Below, in pieces: positions 1-9,126 of a DNA stretch of 34,972 nucleotides. The stretch lies in contig FLMG01001795.1 in the NCBI GenBank assembly GCA_900088475.1, positions 1 to 34,972 of the forward strand. Reading direction: 5' to 3'. Origin of the DNA: Hyphochytrium catenoides (Eukaryota; Protista; Hyphochytriomycota). Under the pieces are notes generated by a model. It ran no database searches and had not been told where the DNA came from. It was given only the letters and a program-made list of their open reading frames with translations. Position 1 is the first letter of the stretch; each line of letters begins with the position of its first letter. A program made the position numbers and the translations under genes.

Positions 1-975
1 GGGTCATAGAGGAAAGAAAGTTCGTTTTTGCAGACTATCAAGGCTTGTCTCATGCTGCTCTGTCTTTGCACGGAAGCTTGACGTACTGTTCTCTGGCTCT
101 CTGGCTGTCGCTGCCGCTCTCTCTCGGCGCGCATTCTCTCTCTCTCTCTCTGTTTTCTCTCTTGTTCTCTCTCTCTCTCTCTCTCACGCTGCTCTTTCTT
201 GCTTGTGGCTTTCTGCCTTGCCATCTCAAGCTTTAATCCTCCCTTCAAAGCGCAACCCTCTCCTTTGCTCTTCCTTCCCTCTTGTCTCTTCCTAGCTTCA
301 ATTCATTTCTTTCTCCCCAAATCCTATCGTCGTCCTTTGCCTGCCGCTCGTCATGCCGTTACCTTCAATTCGCCCCGTCTTTTGTCTTCCGCTATGATCT
401 GTCCAATGACTCATTTGTCTGACGTCAGAGCAAAGAGGCAGAAGGATCCCAAGATAGAGAGAGACAGAGAGAGAGCAGCAACAAAGGGCAAAGAGTCTAC
501 CGACTTGACTGTGTGGATGGAATGCAAAAGAGGAAACGGGAGAGGAGTGGCAGGCACACTCGCCAGCAGGTTCTACTGCCTGGCACGTCCTAACTCCCTT
601 TAGACTTTCTCCTTCATAATTAAACTTTCCATCTGGACGGCAAACCCTCCTACTGAAGACTCCAACCCTATAAAACCACGGACCCTCCCGCTCCTCGTGC
701 TGCCGTCATCTCTCAACCGTCCTCTTACTCTATTTACAAAGGTCAATCACGCCCATCTGAAGGAGAAGAAGGTTCTTTCTCATGGTCTTTTAAACCTTAT
801 CGCGGACATCGTGAAGCAGGCGACAAGTTGCACGCTAAAGTGGCTAAGGCGCACCTACGTCCAGGCCGTGCCTGGGCCAAGACACAGGGGCCTGGGTCTC
901 TTGCCTGGCACCCTTTACTTGAAATACAATTGGACGCAGCCCTTGACTGCCTGGTACACCTGGCGCCAAAAGTCA
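1..975 (+). repeat. Direct repeat copy A (homologous to 4826-6043); runs off the left edge of the window
   Basis: Seen directly: gggtcatagaggaaagaaag... at 1 and at 4826, colinear through ...caaaagtca (975 / ~6043), roughly 85-90% identical by eye. Copy A lacks ~250 bp that is present in copy B (~5709-5955). Confidence 0.95.
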
Positions 976-2000
976 AAGTCGAGCAGAGAGACAGCCTTCA
1001 GCTGTGTCTTGACCCAGGCACGGACCTGCACGTAGGTGCGCCTTATCCACTTTAGCGTGCAAGTTGTCGCCTGCTTTACGATGTCCGCGATAAGCTTGAG
1101 AAGATCATGAGGAAGAACCCTCTAAAGCGCTGTGCCAGTCTTTCAAGTTATCTCAATTAAGTTAGAAAGAGGCACATAATATATATATTTATGTCCGTGC
1201 CGTTGTTGGTAGAGAGACCTACTAAGAGCAGAGACCGACTACGCCCATAGCAGAAGACTCTTCCGTCATTATAAAGCACTCGATGTTGTCGTCTGTAGAG
1301 TCTCCAGCAGCAAGATCGCCTTCCAGATGTCTCAGCCACTCATCACAACCGAAGCCTATCTATATCTCTATATAACCCTGGCGGCCTTCATTCCTGAGGA
1401 GCAAAAAAAGAAGGCTCCGCACCCTACATAGAGAGGACACGGAGGCACATACAAAGAAACACTAGTTATCAGCACCAACCTACCTTCCCTATCAATATCT
1501 CCTTCTCCCGTCTGGACCACGACGCTTCCTCTCGATGATGTGAGGTATTTCCTCTACCCGAGCCTGATGAGCAAGCAGAATACAGACTCCTCGTATTCGA
1601 TTCAGCACCCTCACCTTTACATTTCTAACGACCAGACACCGCCCGGCTACTCTTTCTGCAGTCAAATCAAACAACAAAGCCCCCATGCTCTCCCTGCTAT
1701 CCTTCCAGCAATGGATCAGGAAGCAGTCTGCCCATCTCCTTCCAGCAACAAGGGCCTCCTTCCACAACTATCAACAGCAACATCCGGTCGTAGAGATCTA
1801 TCGTCCCGTGCACACACGTACCGTCCATACCTTCCTGATGCACACAACTACCATCTATGCCTTTCAGTCGAACCTTCCGCATCTTGCAGACCCTTTTTGC
1901 GTAGCCAAGTCATCTGACATACCTATACGTAAACAATGTCGCCGCTAGCACCCATCTCCACCTCGACGATGGACGCTCGCAGACATCATTGACATTCACC
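406..2000 (+). pseudogene. Decayed Fanzor1 (TnpB-like) gene, copy A
   Basis: Fragments in colinear order across frameshifts: N-terminal helical block NHAHLKEKKVL..LIADIV (721-890); RuvC-I-like LCLDPG (DPG 1011-1019); LEKIM..KRCASLSSYLN/[32-nt insertion]/YVRAVV; RDLLRAE.AHSRRLFRHYKALDVVVC (~1222-1295). Weaker RuvC-II-like PVVEIY (1784-1801) and RuvC-III-like YVNNVAA..DDGR (1926-1975). Compared from memory with Spizellomyces Fanzor1 (SpuFz). Confidence 0.6.
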
Positions 2001-3269
2001 TCCTCCTCCTCCGTAAAATGCATCTCTTATTACTACTCTCTCCTTCCTCAGTTAGTGCTTAATGAGCAAGCGGAAGCAAGAACAGAACATATTATAGCAC
2101 ACCCGCTAGGCAATATATCATCTTCATAGCCTCTTTCTTAACAAAAATCCACTCTTTCGTGCCTGTTATTATTGTGCATAGTACTCGCGGCTACATAGGT
2201 CCTGGCTATTAAAAGGTAGGGGGACAGCGAGGAGAAAGACAATATCACCTCCATAAAGATATATCTGCATCTTCCACTTTTGCTTCCCAGTCAGAAGCAA
2301 GGCCGAGGAGAGTTGACGTCGAGGTCATGATGATGACCCACTTCATAATGTGACGACAGGTAAGAAAGGAGCGAAGACCGACCAACAGAAACGATCGAAG
2401 GTAGGGAGGAAGTACGTATAGATAATTTTTTTATTGCTGACGACGCCTTTTCTGCGCTATTTTTGATAGATAAAGAGAGTTCCCGGATGATCTGACAACA
2501 AATGATTCACTGGCAACAAACAGACATTTGGCTAGCAAACGTGTGGTTCGCGAGCTCCGCAACAATAAGGGATTACCTGCTTCTTCCACGTCAGATGTGC
2601 CAGCGCGTACGTATCGCTTGTTGTTGCTCTGCTGTGCCATAGTAAGACCGCAACGACAGCCCTATTAGGCCTTCTAGCAAAGAGCCTAGTACCAAGACAC
2701 GGCGAACAGAGTAAGTTCTGTGAGTGAGAGTGAACATAGCGTACTGCTCTGTCTCTCCCTTCCTTTCCCTGGTTCTCTATTACTGATGATTACTAAGGAG
2801 GTTACAACTGGTAATGGCGATGAACAGTCGCCTTCCGGTTCAGCGATGCAACATCTTTTATAAAAAGTTACTCTCTCCGCCCGTCGTCGTCTCCTTCCCA
2901 GCGCCCTTCTCAACTTCACAGTTTTGGTGCGTGTAAACTGACGTCTCACATATTTTAGTCAATAACGCAAGAGCTGCAGCTGGGGCATTATTAGTGATGA
3001 TTATTCCTCTCTTCCCATCACAGTTATGGCCATCAACCGGAAACAGTGTCTCTCTTCTTCTACCTTTTGACACTCTTTAGTCTTCTAGGCTTTTGGCCTC
3101 CTCCTCGACAACAATGAATGGAACACGATAAGATATTATCTCCTCGTTTTTATGATCTTCTCCTCTCTCCCCTACTAGCCGAGCCGAAACGATCATATTG
3201 TTCTTATCTTCCTCACTTTCTCTCTTTGGTGAAGGACCTCTTGCCGGCCACCCGCATTCATTTCAATGC

Positions 3270-3900
3270 TCAAAGCCCCTGCCATCTCGACCTCATCGTC
3301 TCTCTGTCCTAACGTCTTTGCCTGGGCCGGATATCCTCCTAATTGCCTGGGCGGTTATATCCTCCTCCTATATATCCACTGCTCATAATAATAGAGGAAG
3401 AATGTCTTACTCTTTCCTCAGTCTTGCCCCATCTCTGTCAGCCTTTGTGCCTGCTGGACCCATGCTCATCTCTTCTCTGCACCACCAACAAGTACTATCA
3501 CCTGCGTCACAGGGCTTCGCCATCATTCTTCCCAGTGCATTAACCTCCACACTAACTCCTCCTCCACCGTCCTCCTACGGCGGGTATCTGACTCACCGTC
3601 TTCTCTCTCGCCTACCACGCTCTTTTCCTTATTGTTAGCTATCGACTCGCGGGTAGAGGCTCTACCCTAAGTACTGCAGGCGCCAGGCTCTATCCTACAT
3701 ACACTTCTTAGCCCGTTGGGCATCCTCCTCTGAGCCGTCTTAGGGTTAGGGTTACCTGCCCCTTACACTACCGTTTTACAGTGATACGCCTCTCTCGCAC
3801 ACGTACTACAGTGTAAATCCTATGCCTTAGGTTTCTGTACAACAACTACAGGCAGCACCGTGGTCGTCTGTTCGATAGGCAGAGTGTCTCATTCGATAGT
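3270..3900 (+). pseudogene. Possible degenerate tyrosine recombinase (DIRS/Crypton-like) fragment
   Basis: Frameshifted fragments KAPAI..LDLIVSL; YPLL..EECLTL; LGLPAP/HYRFT; SYALG/VSVQQLQAAPWSS.R.AECLIR follow the order of YR C-terminal motifs (HSxR..A..G.....GxW.S....YI). The catalytic residues are not intact. Confidence 0.3.
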
Positions 3901-4379
3901 GGGGTATACAGACCATACCAACTAAACTACAAGATAGTTGCTATGGGAATTATCGAGTTACATCGACGACGCACTGAATATTTGTTCTTTATTTATTTTG
4001 GACATAGGGCCACCCTAGGGGGAACACGATCGGATGCCTGTGCTAATTCATTGCAACGGACAGCATTTTCATCAGTTCTGTGCTCTATAATTTAGCGCCG
4101 TCGCCTAGGTTACAACACAGTCCACGATGGAGGAATAAGATTAGACTGCAGACCACACTTAACAACACAGTCGGAAAAATTAGAAAAAAGCTCACTTGTG
4201 GCTGCTGCTCCTTCTCTCTCTCTGTATCTGTCTCGTTCTCTCTCTGTCAATATCTATCTCTCAATCGATTCTCTTTTTCTCTCTTTTTCTCTCTTCCTCA
4301 GCTCGCACTTGCCTCTCTGATCTGACTCTTTCCTTTCTTGAGGTCTCCATCCAGGGCACAAATCTACTACCGTTTTATG

Positions 4380-4421
<42 letters not shown>

Positions 4422-4825
4422 CTCTTGCCGTTATTATGGCCGTTACTGCTGCCTCTTCTTGGTCCCCATATCATCCACAAAGCCCGCTTTCTCTGCTCCT
4501 CTCTCCCCATCCACATTCCACTTCTCAACGGCGGCGGGAGAGACTATCGGCCTTCTTTCTATCTTGAGGAAGATTCTTCTTTCTTTGCTGCCTGTCTTCT
4601 CTCTTCCTGGTTCTTCAGTCAACGCCGCTCTCTTCCCGTCCACGTTGATTGTCGTTACGCCTGTCGCCGCGCTGCAGGAAAAGATCCTAGCTGCTGCCTC
4701 AGAGGAAAGGAGAAGAGGAAGAAGTAACAGGCTTTGGTTTGGTCAGCCCCTGATCAGATCCTCATCAAGGAACCACAAAGAATCAGGCTGCAAGGCTTGG
4801 GGAAAGAGAAGATAAACGAGAAAGA

Positions 4826-6043
4826 GGGTCATAGAGGAAAGAAAGCTCGTTTTCGCACACTATCAAGGCTTGTTTCATGCTGCTCTGTTTTTGCACGGAA
4901 GCTTGACGTACTGTTGTCTGGCTCTCTGGCTGTCGCTGCCGCTCTCTCTCGTGCGTGCGTTCTCTCTCTCTCTCTCTCTCTCCCTCTCTCTGCTATTCTT
5001 GCTTGTGGCTTCCTGCCTTGCCATCTCAAGCTTAAATCCTCCCTTCAATGCGCAACCCTCTCCTTTGCTCTCTTCCTTCCCTCTTGTCTCTTTCTAGCCC
5101 CAGGTTCATCTCTTTCCCCGAAATCCTTTCCTATCGTCGTCTCCTGCCTGCCGCTCGTCATGCCGTTACCTTTGGTCCGCCCCGTCTTTTGTCTTCCGCT
5201 TTGATCTGTCCAATGACTCATTTGTCTGACGTCAGAGCAAAGAGGCAGAAGGATCCCAAGAGAGAGATCCAAGAGAGAGACAGAGAGAGAGCAACAACAA
5301 AGGGCAAAGCATCTACCGACTTGACTGTGTGGATGGAATGTAAAAGAGGGAACGAGAGAGGAGTGGCAGGCACACTCGCCAGCAGGTTCTACTGCCTGGC
5401 ACCGTCCTAACTCCTTTCAGACTTTCTCCTTCATAATCAAACTTTCCATCTGGACGGCAAACCCTCCTACTGAAGACTCCAACTCTAGAAGACCACGGAC
5501 TCTCCCGCTGCCTCGTGCTGCCGTCATCTCTCAACCGACCTCTTGCCCTAGTTTACAATGGCCAATCACGCCCATCTGAAGGAGAAGAGGGTTCTTCCTA
5601 ATGGTCTTCTCAAGCTTATCGCGGACATCGTGAAGCAGGCGGCAACTTGCATGCTAAAGTGGATAAGACGCACCTACGTCCAGGTCCGGGCCTGGGTCAA
5701 GACACAAGTGAAGGGTGTCTCTCTTCTCAACTTTGACTTTTGGCGCCAGGTGTACCGGGCAGTCAAAGGCTGCTTTCAAGCTTATTTCAATGAGGAGCGC
5801 CAGGCGAGAGACCCAGAAAAGGTATCCCAACAAGGCTCAGAGAAGGGCGAGCAGCGGCAACCAAAGACCGAAGAAGAGGAGGCATTCCCTGGTGACTGCC
5901 GGGCGCTTGTTTCTTCACCACTAGAAGAGGAAGATTATGCTTGGCATGCCTTTCCTGCGCACCTCGTCGCCTGGCGCAATTCATCGAAATACGACTGGAA
6001 GCAGCCCCTGGCTGGCTGGTGGTGCACCGGGGGCCAAAAGTCA
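4826..6043 (+). repeat. Direct repeat copy B (homologous to 1-975)
   Basis: Direct sequence comparison; offset 4825 bp. The left boundary cannot be set because copy A is cut by the window edge. Confidence 0.95.
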
Positions 6044-6330
6044 GTGATCCTTGCACCTTCTGCCAAGGTCTTCCCTCATGCAACCCCATCCTCATCGTCT
6101 AACGTCGTAGAAGAGCTCCGTCAGTCGCAGCGCTGGAATCGAGCAATCTTTATGAGGAAAGGCGAACGATTGCCTGGGTTGAGGTACGAATTAGTACGCG
6201 GTACATCTCTCTCGATCTCTCTCCTTCGTAGCTCTTCAACCTACTCGATCGTTCACCTTTCCTCATCAAGATTGCTCGATTCCAGGGCTGCAACTGACGG
6301 AGCTCTTCTACGAAGGTCAAGGCAAAGAAT
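5213..6330 (+). pseudogene. Decayed Fanzor1 gene, copy B (N-terminal/REC/WED part, 3' truncated)
   Basis: NHAHLKEKRVLPN..LIADIV..LNFDFWRQVYRAVKG; KYDWKQP; KVFPHATP/[inverted insert]/STRYISLD..LFNLL (6065-6246); RFQGC/TDGA (6277-6304). These match the Fanzor1 F.P....YI.ID and F.G.I.TDG motifs (SpuFz FSAIP..HVRID and HFEGSITTDGA, from memory). Confidence 0.65.
6105..6313. repeat. Inverted repeat, ~86-89 bp arms (6105-6190 / 6225-6313), ~34 bp spacer
   Basis: tcgtagaagagctccgtcagtcgcagcgctggaatcgagcaatctttatgaggaaaggcgaacgat... is the reverse complement, with a few mismatches, of ...atcgttcacctttcctcatcaagattgctcgattccagggctgcaactgacggagctcttctacga. Confidence 0.95.
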
Positions 6331-7789
6331 GAACTCCAAGAATTCTTGTCTTTCCACGCCGCCAGACAGCATCCATTCTTCGCTTCATCATCTTCAGCAG
6401 CCCACGCTCTTCTCGCTCTCTTCGGGCGCAAGTCTTAAGACTGGTCATGGTCAGCAGCAGCTGCTATTGCCTCCGCCTCCGTTTCTGCCTGCAGCGACTA
6501 TCCCTGCCGCCTCATCACCACCAGCCCATCGGCGCAGTAGCAGCGAGAGCATCATCCGCAATAATCCTCCCTCCTCTGGTCTGGCGCGCCTTGGCTTCTT
6601 TCTGGACGCGGGTGAGAAGAAAGCTCGCGAGAAAAAGTATGAGGACTCCCTCTCCTTCTACGAGTAAGAATGCTGTAGCTACGTCTGAATGGTCAGACGA
6701 CGGCCGCTGACTCTACCTCCTTTCTATTTCTCTCTCTCTCTCCTTTGTCTCTCTCTCTCTCTCCTGTTGTTCAACGACAGGATGGCGTTGGCTCAAGCTG
6801 CAATCGACGAAGGAGCAGGCCTCCTAGAAGAGCCCGCCACAGATCTTCTTGCGGATGAGATCCGAGGAAAATACGTGGCTGTAAGGAGCCCAAAACTTGC
6901 TTCCATCCTTAGCTTTGGAATTAACCTCTACGACGACGTCCGTTGGCTGTTGCTGCTGCTGCTGGCTCCTCTTGCTTCTTTTTACTATGCTTCTTGGGGT
7001 CCTCCGTCTTCTCTTCTTCTCATAGGCGTTAGTGCGAGCCGGGAGACATAACCAAGCACGGGAGATGCTGAAGGCGCTACGGCAACCTCTGTCTCCCGCC
7101 AACAAGTACGCAAGGCACCCTTAACCTGAGACTTCTAATCTGCTTGCTAAGTGAGCTCCGTCCTTCTCCCTCTCCCTTCTTTCTCTCTCTCTCGTTTCTG
7201 GTGTAGGCTTGTCATTCAGGGATCCTATCGCTGGTTGATAGATGAAGATCAGCAGGAGTCGCAAGACGGGGGTAAGATTACCGCGTAGTAAGAAGGCGCG
7301 TCAATCGCTTTGAAGCTGACAGAAGGCTGCACAGATCTTAGAAGAAGAAGGCGACGCGATAATCTCCTCGCCACACAGCTACTTGGCGCTCTCTATGGCG
7401 TCACAGTCTCCTCTTCCTCGGTCATTTCCTCCCCCTACTCAACAGCATCAACCCAAGAATCTTCGCATCGCTTAGGAGTCTGTCACACTGTTGAGAGGTC
7501 GCAACAAGCTCCACTAGGTAGGTTGAAGTCTTCTTTCTCTTCTGTTTGTGACAGCTTAGGGTTGGTGGTCATTGATGAACCTTTGCCTTTTTTGCCGTGC
7601 TTATCTGTCTTATATCTATTTTTGCCTTCGTTTCTCTCTCTCTCTCTCTCGTTTCTGGTCCTAGGCGATCCGAAGTCAAACGATAAAGAGGTTCCAGAAC
7701 AAGGCAGCACCGCCTCCTCAATGGTGGGCGACGAAGTTATCAGCGACTCCGACGATGGCGATGAAGACGTCTGCTTTGATTCGCTATGA
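6329..7789 (+). CDS. Spliced hypothetical protein with a TPR-like helical segment (alternative in-frame start at 5558)
   Basis: Six phase-consistent GT-AG exons: 6329(or 5558)-6663, 6781-6880, 7026-7105, 7207-7271, 7335-7517, 7665-7789. Spliced product includes LDAGEKKAREKKYEDSLSFYEMALAQA...IRGKYVAALVRAGRHNQAREMLKAL, which resembles TPR helices. Confidence 0.6.
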
Positions 7790-8800
7790 GGCTCCGCCAA
7801 AGCCCTGTCCTGCTGGCCAGCTCTGTCTCCTGTCCTAGCGATCGCTTTATTTAAACAGCTAAATATATGTGCCATCCCTTCCCATGATACCTTTACTGTT
7901 CACCCATGACTGCACTGCCTTAACTAGAAAATAGGAAGATAACGTAGATAATGCAGGACCGCGGCCATTCTTGAGATCTGGCTGCGGAGTCTTACATTGC
8001 CTCCTCATGGGGTCAACGGCTTCCATCTGTCTATGCTTGTTAGAGAAAAGCGCAAATTAGACGAGCGGCAGCAGCATCGGCCAAGATAAAGCTGTCCTTA
8101 CCATAGAGGGCTCGGCCTTGGGACAAAAAACAAATCAAAGTAGACTTTGTCTTCATCAACGTAGCTAACCTCCTCACTCGTTCTTTGCTGCCCCATCGGA
8201 GATTCCTAGGCAAGAGGACGGGGCTGCCTTGCGATGATGTGGCGCTTCCGTCGTCCTTCAAGGTCGTTGTACAATCCTTAGCCGGTAGTGCGGATTCAAC
8301 AAGCAGTCGGCACCAGGAGCGCCCTGACTACCGAGAGAGACACCTCTCACTGGCTGAGCATACGAAGGGTAGACGAGGCCGCTTCGAATTGGTCCGGATT
8401 GGAGAAGAGGCTGAGTCGCTCAGAGGACGCCAAGTGGCTCCCTGAGCCTCTAGTTACCTTCCCTGTTCGACCTTCTCGATCAGGCAGATGTGTCTAGGCC
8501 AAGCCTTCTCATAAAATTTGCTTCGAAGTCTGACGGCAGCAGTAGATAACATAGGGCTGCCGAGGACGGAAGAGGGCATTGACCTTTCAGATGGGACTCT
8601 TCTTGCCAGCCGATTCTCCAAGCACATCTAAGAGCCCGAGGGGACCTGTTCTCAGACTAGCGAGAAGCTCGAGCGGCAAGATGACTTTCCTTCCTTTCCA
8701 TCGCCAGCTTTTCTCAGATGCGCGAATTTCTTTGCTCTCTCTCAATAAAAGGAGCTGTCAGAACGCTCTTTCCTCTTAGTTGAGCCGCCACGAGGTCAAC
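7790..8800 (+). pseudogene. Possible decayed NOL6/Utp22 (Nrap) fragment
   Basis: Colinear fragments AILEIWLRS..GVNGFHLSML, SFKVVVQSLA, HLSLAEH, SLFDLLDQA.VSRPSLL resemble NOL6 LLKVWLRQ..GFTGFLVSML, VLRSVLQFLA, HLNLCA, LTTLLEQGLGARLNLL (from memory). Stops and frameshifts are present. Confidence 0.3.
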
Positions 8801-9126
8801 TCTCGACTCCCTGAGAGAGAAGAGTCTAGATGACCGCAGAGGTATAGCTATTCCTTCCTTCACACGAAGATGATGGCCTTTTCCGCCCCTTGACCACGCC
8901 AGCTGTTCACAGAGTCACCAAGGCCCGCTCAGTGGACCCTGTCGCTGACTTTCTACTTTGTCCGTCTTCTTTCTTTCCCTACGTTCCTATAGTGCCTCAT
9001 CTCCGCACGTTACCATCATCACTCCCTCTTGCAGAAAGGGTTGACAGAGCTGATTGAGGATAAGCTGCCTTGAGAGAAGGGAAAGAAAAGAGGAGAAAGA
9101 CCAGGAGAAGGGGTAGAGAGTTCTAA

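Noticed and set aside
3740-3754. TTAGGGTTAGGGTTA telomere-like repeat
   Set aside because: Only 2.5 units; expected by chance and also readable as Leu-Gly codons of the putative YR relic.
6781-7050. ORF 6689-7051 as a NOL6 N-terminus or membrane protein
   Set aside because: Better explained as one exon plus flanking introns of the TPR-like gene; the hydrophobic parts are translated pyrimidine tracts.
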